Assembly (NCBI RefSeq): GCF_030684315.1
Contig: NC_081387.1
Location: 5,560,497-5,624,496, forward strand
Length of the DNA: 64,000 nt
Direction of reading: 5' to 3'
Source of the DNA: Stegostoma tigrinum
Taxonomy: Eukaryota
Position 1 is the stretch's first letter; the number at the start of each line of letters is the position of its first letter. Positions 49,210-63,160 of the stretch are shown here, piece by piece. The position numbers and the translations under genes are program-made. The notes beneath the pieces are model-generated. The model made no database searches. It worked only from the letters and a program-made list of their open reading frames with translations, and had not been told where the DNA came from.

Positions 49210-52200
49210 TCTGGGAAGTCACTGTCCTTATTCTGATCAGAGACTTAGAATAAAACACTCTGAAGCGTAAATCAAACGGCGTTAACACACTAGGAAATGC
49301 CGTAAGCCAAGTCAATCTATTAAATTCTAATTGTTCACCTCGAACTTTGATCATTTCCGGAACTCAAATTCCAGAAGCAGATTGGTTCGCCTCAGCAAAA
49401 CGACCAATTAAAAAGATGAACAGTCACGAACTGTCTCAAGTTTCCAGTAAAGTGACTCATACAGCGTGACAGTGAGAGTCAAGAGTCCTCCACCAGCTCC
49501 AGGGCAAAAAATAGGACAACATGCTAAAATCTTTGACCCAACAGTAAACATACTGACACTAGCCCCAATCCCCCTAGAATATGTTAAACTTGATGCAGCC
49601 CAGGCTGGAGTTATACCACAGTAGATTAAATGTGTTACAGTTAGACATATTCTGTAATATTGAGACCACCACACAGAGAATTCACAGTGAAATCCAAGCA
49701 GCTGGAGAATGAGGGGAGGGAGTCACATTTAGCTCCATAAAATTAAAGGTTTACCAGTGAAGAAATAGTTCATTGATCAGAATCAAGGTGAACAGCCCAA
49801 ACCAAAGAAAGTAAGCTCTGGGTAAACTGTGAAATGCTCAGGTCATTTGTTGCCCTGTAGGAATGGACTGGATAATTTAGCAGCAGAAATAGGGGAACCA
49901 GAGGAGCCAAATGTAGATATGCCTCTCCGACAACAAGGAGACAGCCACTTGGACAACAAGTAATCATTATTTACATTTTGCAAATAAGATACTTGGGGAT
50001 GTAAGAATTGGGTCACCAGTAAATAATTCTGTGGGAGCAACATGAATGTATAATGGGTAGCTATAGGCTAAAAAGCTTGAGGGGAGATTCTATATAAGGT
50101 AATGATTCAGAAGGCATTAATGTTCATGTTACGTTGAGCTCCACCCAATCTGATGAGGTCACACACAGTCTTTGGCTGGAGGCAGTTGAATTCTATATCA
50201 ACACCTTCTGGGAGCAGATGTATTCTGTACAACTCCTAACAGCCTTGGCAACCATGTCTAACTCGTAATGCAAGTTATACGTCTTGCTTTCAGGCAATAA
50301 ATCAGTTAACCAAGACCAGTCCCTCTTCTTTTAAATGTCTTCAACGGTCTATCCATAATACTATACCAGGATAGGCCCTGGACACTGATAGAAAAAGGAG
50401 GATTTGTGACAGCAAACTACCTCAAAGAACCATTACTTTGCACCACACACTGGCATAAGTGATGGGTATCACATTGGTACCAGCAAAGGCCAACATAGTA
50501 ACACTTGATTCTAGTAATGAGAGGTTTTAAATACAAATATATCAGACTGTAAGTTGTTTTAGATTGGGTGGCTCAATTAGAAAAGATGAAACAGGAGAAA
50601 AATTGCATTAAAATATTCAAGAGCTCATCATGGGTATAATTAAGGAGTCAAAAAGCATTTAGGACATTAGTGGGATTTGCCTACAGACCTGATACCAATG
50701 ATGAAGTAGTGGGAAGTTTATAATGGAAGAAGTTTTGTGTAGAGGAAGAGCGGTTATAATGAGAAAACTATGAAATTTGTTGAAAACTATGAAAAAAACC
50801 ATGAATTTGTTAGATATAACCAGGATAGCTTTTTTGAACAATGAGAGATCTTTTAACATGGAGAAGCCTGTGAATTGGGGACAAAATGGTGAATTTGACA
50901 CCATGTCAATAAATATATCATCAGTTTATATTGAAACCCATTATTAAAACTCTTTAGGGAAGAAAATTGTTCATCCTAACATGGATGTTTATTGTTCAAT
51001 CCTTTATCACTTTCATTAACTCCACACACAATCCTACATCGTCTTTGTCCCAAACTCCCAGCTGAAGTGCCTCCAAGGTTTGTCACTACTCCCTGGAAGA
51101 GAGCACTACAAATCAAGGCCCACTATTCTTGGCGTTGGCACAAATGTGAAAATTTGATTAAATCATTGAACTGTCCAAATTAACTGAACAGTTGAATTCA
51201 AATTACGCAACACTGTAAAATTAAAACTTTCAAAAGACCCTCAAAATTAACCTCAATAGTTTCTAACCAAACTTTTGAAATAACCAGTCCTAGACTCTGC
51301 AAATAATCAATTCTAAACACACATTTGTATTTTAAACAAAAGACTTTGCCGGTTATTAACAACACATCAATGTTGACAGAGCAAAATTAAAGAACAAAGT
51401 AATCTAGTTATTGTCTCTGCTTTAAACCCTTTGTTTTCAGCCTCATTCATACAAAAGACAACTAGACAGACAAACAAACAGTTAAGGGATAAATAAAACA
51501 AAACTGGCCAGATTACTTAAGTGGTTTTCATAATGCATTGATTCACACACACAGATGATTCCTTCTTGGTCGATCTTCTGAAGATGCCAGTCAGAGTCAC
51601 CTTTATAGTTCCCTCAGATAAGAACAGTAATACATATAACGCAGTTTTTTATTCTCTGAGCTTCCAAGAACTACTCATGGAGGTTAGGCAGAAAGCTTTC
51701 AGAACTTCATTCTGTAACATCCACAGCCAGACTCCTTCTTACAGAAAACACATTCCAAAATCTAACTCAAACTCTAACCACTTCCTGACAGATTGATCAT
51801 TTCTACCACAGGGTCCCAATCAACATTCAACCTCTGCCATCTGCTTTAGCACAAGATCTTTTGCAGACTTCCTGGAAACAATTCCCAGATACTGACCTCA
51901 TTAATAGCCAACTTTTACTGTCTCTTTAAACGTATTGCTCTTCTCCAGTGATTAAGCAACTAAACAACTTTTTGATCAGGGAACCTACCTGCAATTAACT
52001 CTCAGCCTGGCCTTGTGAATAAGCAGAAGTTTGTTTGATCTATTTTCCTTTTAACGTAAACCATTACCCACAGCTCCAAACTAAAATTGATAAAAGGATA
52101 AAATATAACTAACAAAAATGTCAGCAAATGTTCTGACAAGAATTGCTAACTTTTAAATTTAAATTCTAACCCTTTGAAAAAGAATCCCATATACATGTAG

Positions 52201-55200
52201 ATACAAAGAGACAAGAGACAAATATTGTGGATGAGAAAGTAACAAAAATGTCTTTGATGGATAGTTCAGGCACCAGTCCATATTACAGAAATCAATGAGT
52301 TGTTTTCCTTCAGTCCGATTCTGATTCTTTTCAACTCTAAGAGCACGAGGTTGTGGACACACAAAATCTCAATCTTCCATTCACTGATTGAGGATTTATC
52401 CTTTCAGTGTCTCTGAATGAGTTTTTTCCCCCCTTTTTCTTCCAAGAAGGGCATTTGCAAAGAGAGGGTGAGAGATAGAGGAGCTAGCTCCTTGGGATTT
52501 TCTTTTACTTTCCACTCAAAAGATACAGAGAAAGAGAGAAAGAAAAAGTGTGAGAGAGAGATTTAGGTGCTCTCTCTCTCTCCTACAGGGTGAATGTTTG
52601 TGCTATAATACCACCTGCCCAGGAACTAATCAAAAAGTTGTTACTACACTGAATACTCTTGAACATAACTGTCCTGTTTGAATCAAACACAAAAGTAAAA
52701 TTGGCCGAAATGGACCCCCATGGAACGGAAACATCCAGCATCCTCCCCTGCTGCTGTAAATAAGGTGGATACAACTCACAAGGAGTTCCAGTCGCTCAAT
52801 TTTTTAACACTGCAGCATCATCTTCCACAGTACCTCGATTTATAGCAGTATCTTTTCCTATTTCTTAGCCCACAGTACGTGGGAAAAGGGTCTTTACAGG
52901 CATTACACTATGATCCACTTGGTTTCATGACCAAGTAAGCGTGTATCTACAGGATCAGAGATAATGGGAACTGCAGATGCTAGAGAATCCAAGATAATGA
53001 AGTGTGGGGCTGGATGAACACAGCAGGCCAAGCAGCATCTTAGGAGCACAAAAGCTGACCTTTTGGGCCTAGACCCTTCATCATTTTCTGAAGTCAAGAA
53101 CATGAAGAATGATTTGTGTGACTTTATTCATGGTCACAGAATTCATTTGCAGTTGGACCTAAATCCTCAACTCCATAGAGATATGGGTTTAAATCCCCCT
53201 CCAGGACCTCAGTAGAAAAACTCCTTGCTGAAATCCCAGTGGAGTACCGAGGGTAAGAGACAGGAGCAGATGGAGGGATTTGAAAACTGACTCAAAAGTC
53301 TCAGTAATGCTGAGCTTTCTAGCGAACATCGGGATATTCCTCAAGTTTAATTCCCGACACACTGAGCTATGACAATATAACTTTCCGTGTGAATGAAAGC
53401 AGAATGGTCTATCAGCAGTGCCAATCGAAGACAATCAAATGGCCATTCCAGCTGACACCAGGGACTTTTCCACCTTTCATGATTTCAGGAACCCAGACAC
53501 AAAGACAGCAGTGACACCTACAGCTCTAACTAGTTGCCAGCTTAAATCACATCAAAACTACCTACATTTTTAAATTCATTCATGGGATTTGGCATTTCTG
53601 GCTGCAATCAATTTGATACATGTAGACCCAAAGTGCTGCTATGAAGGGAATTCTAGAACTTGACATGAACAGTGAAGTAAGGATGATGTGTGGTTTGGAA
53701 GGTAACTTGTGGGTATATGTGTGTTTTAGGTAACTGCTGCCCTGGTGCTTCTAGGTGGCGAGGTTTTGAATTTGAAACATGTTGCCTTAGCAAGTTAATG
53801 CACTGCATCTTTTAGACAGTGACACTGCTGCTACTCAGCATTAGTAATTAATAGTACATATAGTGCTAATCCAGTGGTCTGCTTTAATCTGGATGTTGTC
53901 AAGCTTGTGGAGTGTTGCTCAGATTTTATTCATCCAGTCAAATGAAGAGTATTCTGTCACATGCTTCACTTGTACATTGTAGATGGCGGACATGATTTGG
54001 AGAGTTACTCACTGCAGGATTTCTAGCCTCTTACCTGCTCTTGTAGCTGCAGTAGTTACATAGCAAGTCCAACTGTGTTTCCAGTCAATTCCTGGTTTGG
54101 TGATGGTAATACCATTGAAAAAAATCAAGGTGCAGTGGTTACATTCTGTCCTATATGGTTATTGGCTTGTCTGGTGTGGTGCGAATAATACTTATTAGTT
54201 GTCAGTTCAAGCCTGGATATTGTCCAGGTCTTGCTGTACGTGGACGCGGTTTGTTTCAGTGCCTGAGTAGCGGTTAATGGCTTGGCCCAGCATGGCGGTC
54301 TCTCAGCCCAGCATTGCAGTCTTCTGGCAGTTCATGGTTGTCTCTCAGCCTGGCATGGCCTCAGCATGGACTGATGGTCATGAGGTGATTACTCTAAGTA
54401 TGGCCCAATCATGGCTAAGCATGTAAGGCTGTAATGTCTGAAATTTCAGCTTTCTTAGCTTTAAGTAATAAAGAAATTAAGTAATAAAGAAATAAAGTCT
54501 AGTGTGTAACTTTTAACCTTATTTCATACATTTTACGCGATTCCATAATTACTGCAATGCTTAAATTTTTTCTCTCTACCTTGTTCTTAAGATTGTGTGC
54601 TTAGTTACAATTATCTAAGATTTGGCCTTCGTAACAAAGTTATGCACGTTCCACTGTACTCCTGCACTGCTAGCCTGGAGTACACATGACAATAAAATCA
54701 AAATCAAATCAAATATGATGATGGAAGATCATTGACAGAGAAGCTAAGATGAGTACAGTATGCTGAGGAACTCTTGCAGTGATGCCCCGGAACTGAAATG
54801 ATTGATGTTTAACACCACAGCCATCTTCTTTTGTGCTCAATATAACTCTAGTCACTGAAGAGTCACCCCAATGTCTGGTGGCTATACATCCTGACTACGG
54901 GCAGATACCATCAATTGACATAGACCCATGGGCAGCAAGATAGCAGCCTGTGCTTGCAAATCCCAGAACACTGCGACTAACATTAGATCTGATTCTGCTG
55001 TCAGTCAACTTTTATCAAAGAACTTGAATTGTATTATGAATTATACCAAAAAGCAGGAAAGGATTGTCAGTCAGACTTGCAATGTGATGAATTTGCACAT
55101 GCCAAAAGCTACACTGGTCTGTTTTACAGAGGTGGAGGGAATATATATTGCACCTTTTTTTGACGAAAAATGGGTCAAGATTCTGCCAGTCGCCACCACA

Positions 55201-56849
55201 TTCCCATGGCAATAACCTGACCAACCAGTTTATTTGCATAGTTGAGAGTGAAGATGGACTCTTCTTTCTGCCTCTCTGTCAGCGATAGCTCAACCAATTA
55301 CCACCTTCTTCTCTTACTGTACAAATTGTTCTCCTTTCTCAAGTGTTTCTTGTATTCCAGACCTGACGAATGCAATACAAAAAGCCTCAACTTCATTCTT
55401 CCTTTGAACTCTGAAAGTAGGCTCCTGAGTATTTCAGTGAGCATGAAGACAGTGCGCTGACAAATCAGATATTTTGGGTTACAGTAAGAATTTGAGTTAT
55501 AAATCTATAGAGGAGATTAATAAAAATCACAGACAAACAAGACATTGTTCAGCTTACCACAGTTGTTCAACCAAACAAAATAAAGCGCTTGCAATGACTC
55601 AAAATCTGCCTGCAAGTCCCAAGTTTGATATCTTTCTTTTGTCAGGCAAAAGGATCAAGTGTGACAAAACTAAGGCTGGTAGAAAGAGTGCAGACATGGA
55701 TTAGCTATGATCTAATTGAATGATGTAACAGTCTCAGGGGATTACTCCAGTTCCTACATTCTTAACTCCTTCTCCACTTATCATCTCCAACAATCAAACG
55801 GTCATTGTCAACCACTTCATTCTCCAGCTCAGTTTCTGACTGGAAATGGAGAGAAATTAAATTTAATGGTTAGTTTAAGTTTACTTATGATCAAATAACC
55901 GAAGCACGGTCATCAGTTTACAATATTATGTTTAATTGTAGCTCATTTAAAACAATTATACACAATATATCATGGCTCAGCTTGTAACACATCTTTAGTT
56001 AAAAGGCACACCCCCTGCGACACATTGACCGTGTCTCAAAGTGAGAATTTCCACTATCTCACGGTTGAAGCAGCAAGCTCCAACAACTGTGCATCCCACT
56101 ACATCCCCATTAAATCCTTACCAAGCACTTGGCTTTATGACCATCAGCGAAAAGTTAGAAAGACTTATTATGCAAAGTAGAAAACAGCAAAAGATTAATT
56201 CTACATTAGTTTAGTATGAATTTATAGCGTTTGAGAACATAAGCCACATTTTGCTAAATCACACTATTATTTTTCTTTGTGTTTTGCTCGGTAATAGTCT
56301 TTACAGTATAATTCTTTTTGACCTTTATTCCATAAGACTGTGTATTAACCAAATCTTTAAGTATACTGATCAACAACAACTCATCCTTCATATACTGATT
56401 GTCATCATGCACATAGTTTATATACACTCTATACAGGTTAAGTATTATCTAGTTTGCAATCTCTATTTTTTAGGTTATATGCAAATTTACCACTGACCAT
56501 TTGATTTTAAAAAGTAATTTGATCCAAGCACCAACTGTAGTTAGAATAATCCCTAGCAGATGACCTCTACATCAAAACGGTCACTGAGATAGGATTCTAT
56601 TTAATGAGAATGCTCAGTTAAGTAAGTTTGAGACAACACGTTCATGGTATCAATCAGGAGGGCATGACAGCACACATCTTCTCCTGAGCAAATGGGTCAG
56701 TAACATACTGTAAAATGTGTCATTTTGTTTGTGGGAAGTTATAAAAAGAGGTCAAATAAATGACATCATAGAAAAAAGTCAGAAGATAATGGGCAGTCTC
56801 ATTAGGAGCTAAATATGATTAAGAGCCAGAGATTGATCATGCATTTAGA

Positions 56850-59450
56850 TTCCAGCCTCATCTCGGTTGGACCTCTCTCTTGACTCCTCTTGTACACCAA
56901 GATTTTAGGAGGGTTGTATCATTGGTCAGCTCCCCGTACAACACAATCCTGAGTCAGCAACTGTGTCCAGCTGGGCAACGTCTCCCACACAAGTCAGTTG
57001 GCCTTGCAGGAGAATGGTGATGTTGGTTGCTTCCAGGAGTTCAATGGTTGTTGTGTAGCCCTCTCAGGATCCACCATGAGGGTGCTGCAGAGGTGATGCT
57101 AATGGAAGCATTGAAGAAGGTGTACATGACTGCAATGTTGAATGCCTAAATGGGCATCATAAAGGAGATTGATGAGGATTAAGTGTTTGTACATAGAGTT
57201 TGGTCCTCGCATTGAATTTACAGTTGCCACACGCTAGTCAAGTATACTAAATGCACTATTTGCTTTGGAAAGCGTGTTTGTCCACTTCCTTATCTATGAC
57301 GACATAAAAACTCTCCAAATTGGTAAACTGCTCAAGAGCATTCAGCTGGGTTCTCTCGATGATAACATCTAGTACATAATTGTCTTGAGGTCCAGTGCTT
57401 CAGTTCTGATTAAACTAATTTTTAGTTTGAAGAGTTGCACCATTTCGGAGTGACATGTTGTTACACACTGCACGTGAATAATTAAGGATACAGTCATCAG
57501 CAAAAGGTAGGTCACGGATGAGGTTTTCCCATGTCTTTGTGCATACCCGAGGCTGCCCAAGATGTAAGAGACACCCCCTCATTCATCCAGAGGCACATGA
57601 AAACTCCTCCTGGAGGTGTGTTGTGCTTGTGGCAGCATCACACTGAAAAAGATGGTGCATAAGGTCAGGACCAGCTCACATTCCTGCTCAACACCACATG
57701 GAGATCTGTAAGAGGTTACTGCCGTGCTTGACTAGCCTGTATGGACTTATGGACTGCTTCACCGTAACCAAGTGGGCATCAGGGGTTTGTCAAGAATTTT
57801 CCAGAGTCCATCTCTACTCACAATATGAAATGACTTTGCAAGGTCTATGAAACTGACTTAGAGACAATATTGTGTCTGTGATGCTTCCCTTTGTCCTGAA
57901 ACTGTACAACATCTCTGGAAGATTTCCTTCAGCAATGGAAGGCATAAGTGAATTCACAGATTCGTTACCCAGAACCTTTCCAGAAATAGGAAGGAGAATG
58001 ACTCCACAGTAGTCGGAATAATAACATTTTTCTCTTTGTGTTTGTACAAGGTGATGACAATATCACAAAGTCCTGATGCGTCCTGGAACACCTTTACTAA
58101 TTCATTGAGCGTCATGTAGGGTCATCATGCTTCAAACTCTCAGGTGGAGTTCAGAGAATCACAGAAGACCTACAGTGTGGAAGCAAGTCATTTGGCCTAT
58201 TGAGTTCACACTGGTCCTCTGAACTGCATTCCACTCAGACCCACCCCTCTACCCCTACGGCCAATCCAGCTAACTGGCACATTTTTGGGCTGTGGTAGGA
58301 AATCCCCACAGATGTGGGGACAACATGCAAAGCCCACACAGGCAGTCATCAGAGGGTGGAATTGATCCTGGGCTCCTGGCATTGAAGTACCAGTGCTAAC
58401 CACTGAGCCAACAAACTGCCTCAGAATCAGAGGGCTTTGCTTCTCATCATCTGGTTGATGGTGTCAGTTTCTCCCAGATCTGTGCTCTCAGCTAGTTCTT
58501 CTAGGAGTCTGCTGTTGGAGGAGGCTGATGTGCACGTGGCACCAAGGAATATTTCATAGCGCTCAGACTGGTGATTCAAGAGTAACTCCTCCTCAGTGTG
58601 TTTGTGTCTGAGTGACAGTATTCTGCCTGGTACTTTTGGGTTTGACATATTGCTCTGCAGATAGATTTTAGTGCTTCAGTGAAATTTACGTCACCAATAT
58701 CAGTGCTTGTTCCCTACAAAGCATGATCCATCTGTCATTCCCAATTCTCAGTTTGCAATGAAGGATAGTGTATGCTTGATGGCAAGCTAAGTTTTTCCCC
58801 AATGGGCTCACCTTTTTATTGGTAGCAGATCTTGGATTTCCTGGTCACTTTCTTTAAACTAGTCCCTGTTTCTTTTGTACTTTGGTCTGACCTCTTCTGT
58901 AGTAGCCAGTGCTGCAGTTTAATAGCTATCTCTGCACAATGAGATTTGCAAGATTCTGATCTAAAGTTCCTTTGAAGGGTTGCCTTTAATGTTTGTGAGC
59001 TTAAACATGAAATGGAATTTCAGCTGGTTTACATGCTAGTTAGCATTGGGAATGTACGACATCCTTGAGGTCAAACTGGGGCAGCAAAGACTAGTCTATC
59101 AGGTTTTACTGTTTAGAATGACTGCACCTCCATGTATGCGTGAAATAATGCTTTTTTTCTGGAAATAAGGTCTTAATTATGGACAGCTGCTTTTCTGCAT
59201 AGAATTCCCAGATTAGAACCTGTTTTCATTGCAGTTTCCAACTCCCGGCTTCCAAGACTTCTTTCCATGCCAGGCTGTGATGGGAATTGTGATGTTGAAA
59301 TTGTCAAGGACAATTCTGGTTGAGTTTAGGCAGAACTGTGTACAATATGTCTTACTCAGCTGCATCAGTCTGCAGGGTTGGAGTGGAAACAGTGGCGGGA
59401 GTTGCACAATGCTGGTGTTAGAGCAAGAAGCCAAGGGACGTGATGAATTT
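56850..59450 (-). mobile_element. Old RTE-clade LINE remnant
   Basis: IRDLPFADDC (RT, about 57490-57520) and IVLDNFN...GVGNCNEN (endonuclease, about 59220-59310). Confidence 0.65.
58160..58410 (-). mobile_element. HE1-like V-SINE nested in the RTE remnant
   Basis: tggctcagtggttagcac head and degenerate V-domain. Confidence 0.7.
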
Positions 59451-62068
59451 GAGGTTGCTGATTGAAAGACTTGGAAGCTTTATGGCAACAGTTTCCTTCA
59501 TTGTGCAACTGACCCTTTGTTTTCACTTACACTGAAGTTTAGTAATATCACTGCATGTGCCTGTGTTAACAAAGCACCATCTTTCAGGGGTCAAAGCACA
59601 CATAAAACTTGAAACTGAAGACCAGAGACCATCGTCCAAGACAGAAACAGAAGACAACAGCAGGGACCAAGGGAAGTAAGGCTAGGGTTGCCGGCACTCT
59701 AGGTTGAATATAGAAAGAGACCTCGATGAGGCAATAGATTTCCTACCTAGACTTGTTAAGTATTACTTCTGGTAGTTGACAAACATTTCTTAAGTTACAT
59801 CACCACAGTATCTCCTCCTGATTGAGTGGTTAAAGTCTCTAGTGAAGAAATAGATATTCAATGACTAAAAAGTCATGGGCAACATGTTTAAACTCAAACT
59901 CCATTTTCAACACCCTCCCTTCAACTTTAGTCCATCTCCTGTTGTAATCCTCATCCATGTTGCAGGTGCTTCTAGACAGGACTAATGTGTTCCTGTCCAG
60001 GTTCCCGTCCAGCTTCCCATCTTATACCTTCCATAAACTTTCTCTCAGCTAAAACTGTGCACTCTCTATCCTAACTTTCACGTCCATCACTGCTGTGCTC
60101 ACTGAACTACATTAGTTTCTATGTCCCTAGTGCCTCAAATTAAAAATTCTCATGTTCAAACACAAATTGCTCTACGGCCTCACTCCTTCCTTATCTGTGT
60201 CATCCTCCGATCTACACAGTTCAGTTCATCAGTAGATGTGGCCCACTTCCTTCACGTCACCAAGATGGCTGGATCCTATGCTCATGAATTTCCACCTCAA
60301 AACTCTTTTTCTCTCTTCTCACTTAACCACCATCACCACAGCCCCTAACTCCTCCTCACCTATCCTTAATCATAGAGGACATCTATTCAGGGTTGAGAGT
60401 TACAGCAACTGATCTTTATGGGTCTGACCGTGCGGATTCGTGACCCACAGATTTTTGGGAACGGGGGTATAATTTTCAAAAGGATCTAGAGAGCAGGAAT
60501 TGCTTCATTTTTTTAAAAAACTAAGCTACTGCCGTACGTCATCACTAAGCCATTGAGACTCAAAAGTATTATATACAAGTTTTTGTCATGGTGGCTCTCT
60601 GTCACTAAGGTCAATATATAAACAACTCCGAAGCTGTGAAGGGGAGCTGATACCTTCCAACCTATCCCAATCCCAGCAATCAGATGAAATAAAAAAGCCT
60701 ACAGTCACAATGGTATTCTGGCTGAGCTCAAAGCTGGCAGACATTTGCTCACATGAAGAGTCCATTCCCTCATTCCACGGATTTCCGAAGCAAACGAGTT
60801 TCCCTTTGCTTCAGGAATGTCAAAAGTGTAACTATATTCAAGAGATAAATCATGCTGTGCAAACTACTAAGATGTTTCCAGCTTGACCATAACTTGGGAA
60901 ATACTGACACATTCTTCTGAATTACCCACATCTTGTGGTTGAGGAAATCCTCCTCGGAGATGCAGCGCTATTCCTTATCATATCTTTCTCGTTTCAGTGT
61001 CAATTTCTATACGATTGTAGTGATGTAAAATACCTCAGGATGTATTACGGTATTGGTGCCGTATAAATGAAAGTTGTTGTTTTTGTAGGGGGTGGGGGAA
61101 ATTGATGTCCTTTTTCCCCATTCCCTCCAATACACAAGGTATTAACCCGGGGGACAGACTGGATGTTGACTGGCCACTAGTGCTCTCTGTTTGAGCGGCC
61201 AGTCAGCATGTGAGACAATGGAGACTTTCACAGCCAAGATACATCCTGCCTTCCCCTAACCTCCCAGATGGGCTCAGTGATGAGGAACAGGATTCCTGGC
61301 TGACTGTCTCCCTGCACAGACCAGAGACATTGAGGCTAATTGGAAGTACCACCAATACCACTCGAGGAATGGCTCTTGTCCCAGAGTTCATGCTGGTCAA
61401 TCAGAAGCTGAAGCCTTTCTAACCACTGAGTATTGGATTGTCTTCTTGGTCAGATTGAGAGTCAGTGAATGACATGTACCTGGCACGGCACCGAAAAGAT
61501 GTTGCGTTTATACAGGAGCCTCTATACATAGAGGTATCTTCTTTTGGTGATTCAGTCAAAGGTTAAATTGACCTTCTTGAAGTGATTGGACTGATGGTGG
61601 GAAAGTTTTGAGACACACATTGTTGAGGCAGATGGTGCTTTGGAATGACAACTGCCCCGTAAGAGCACTGGAGGGTAAACAGCACAGACAGCTCTCAGTG
61701 CAACAGAAGCAGGTGACTCAGCTCCAAGTCTGTATGGAGACATTGGTATGCGGTGAGACCAGTAGCAAGTAAACCATTGTGGTTGACTTCACACAGGAAC
61801 AGGAGTGTACCCCCTGAATGAGTTCACCTGGTGTTCCACAATAGCCGAGAACCGACTAAAAGCCTTATTACTGAATTCACACTGAACAGGTTTCTCATGT
61901 GGAAGGGGCCAGGACTTACACTGACAGCGTGAAAGTTATGTCACATGGCTCTCGCCTGAATGGTTTCTCACCGGATGGATCCCCCTGGTTTTAGGAGGTC
62001 AGAGATGTGGCTGAAAGTCCTGTTGCAAACGTCACAAAAGTCTCAACAGAAACCTCTCGTTTGAAGGG

Positions 62069-63160
62069 TTACTCTCCTGTCTGGGCATCCTGTGGGAGCA
62101 GTAAGTATGACGACTCAGACAATGATTTGTTGCACACCCCGTATGTTAACTGTTTCTCCCCTGCATGAATGCGCTGGTGTTTCCGCAAATTTGAAGAATC
62201 TGAGAATGATTTGTCACACACCTCGCATGTGAATGGCTTCTCCCCTGTGTGGATGCGTTGGTGCAGAAGCAGGGTCCAAGACCGTGAGAATGACTTCTCA
62301 CACACCTCACAGGTGAAGGGGTTCTCCCCAGTGTGAATGCGCTGGTGCTCGAGGAGGGTTGATGAGCGCAAGAATGATTTATCGCATACCTCACAGATGA
62401 AAGGTTTCTCCCCAGTGTGTATGCGTCGGTGCTGCAGGAGGGTCGATGATCGTGTGAATGATTTATCACACACCTCACATGTGAATGGTTTCTCTCCAGT
62501 GTGAATACGCTGGTGCACAAGCAGTGGCCAAGACTGAGAGAAAGACTTGTTGCACACCTCGCATTTGAATGGCTTGTCACCGGTGTGGATGCGTTGGTGA
62601 GTCATGAGCGTCGCTGAGAGTGTGAATGCCTGATCACACACCTCACACTTGAACGGTTTCTGACCAGTGTGACGGTATTGGTGCTTGCGAAGATTTGATG
62701 GGTACGAGAATGATGTGTCGCACACATCGCATGTATATGGCTTCTTCCCAGTATGAATGCGTTGGTGCGCACGGAGATTTGATGACTGTGAGAAAGATTT
62801 GTTGCACACGTTACACGTGAATGGCTTCTCCCCTGTGTGAATGCGATGGTGCACACGGAGGGTTGATGACTGTGCAAACGATTTGTGGCATACCTCGCAC
62901 GTGAATGGTTTCTCCCTGGTGTCTGTGTCTCCCTGGTTGAGGAAGGTTGATAACTGTGAGAATGAGCTATTGTATGTCTCACATGTCACTGATTTCTCCC
63001 CTGTGTGAATCTTCGGGTAGGACAAGAGGTGGGAGGATTGAGTGAAAGGCATTTCAGAAACATCACAGCTGAAGGGCTTCTCCCAGGCATGCATCATCTG
63101 CCTCGGAGACATCACAATAGCTTCAGTACAAACCTCACACTTGAATGGTTTCTCTTCCAT
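62069..63160 (-). CDS. Tandem C2H2 zinc-finger protein (9 intact and 4 degenerate fingers)
   Basis: Repeated CxxC...HxxxH with TGEKP linkers in a 363-aa ORF. Confidence 0.88.
   Translation of the reverse strand: MEEKPFKCEVCTEAIVMSPRQMMHAWEKPFSCDVSEMPFTQSSHLLSYPKIHTGEKSVTCETYNSSFSQLSTFLNQGDTDTREKPFTCEVCHKSFAQSSTLRVHHRIHTGEKPFTCNVCNKSFSQSSNLRAHQRIHTGKKPYTCDVCDTSFSYPSNLRKHQYRHTGQKPFKCEVCDQAFTLSATLMTHQRIHTGDKPFKCEVCNKSFSQSWPLLVHQRIHTGEKPFTCEVCDKSFTRSSTLLQHRRIHTGEKPFICEVCDKSFLRSSTLLEHQRIHTGENPFTCEVCEKSFSRSWTLLLHQRIHTGEKPFTCEVCDKSFSDSSNLRKHQRIHAGEKQLTYGVCNKSLSESSYLLLPQDAQTGE

Noticed and set aside
51370-52140. Possible LTR on the minus strand
   Set aside because: Composition is suggestive, but I could not define matching termini or a TSD.
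53380-53460. WNGH...GTAD...LYCH resembling a T-box segment
   Set aside because: Needs a frameshift and no other T-box motifs are present.
62146-62982. Alternate-frame ORFs over the zinc-finger array
   Set aside because: Shadow frames of the repetitive finger coding sequence.
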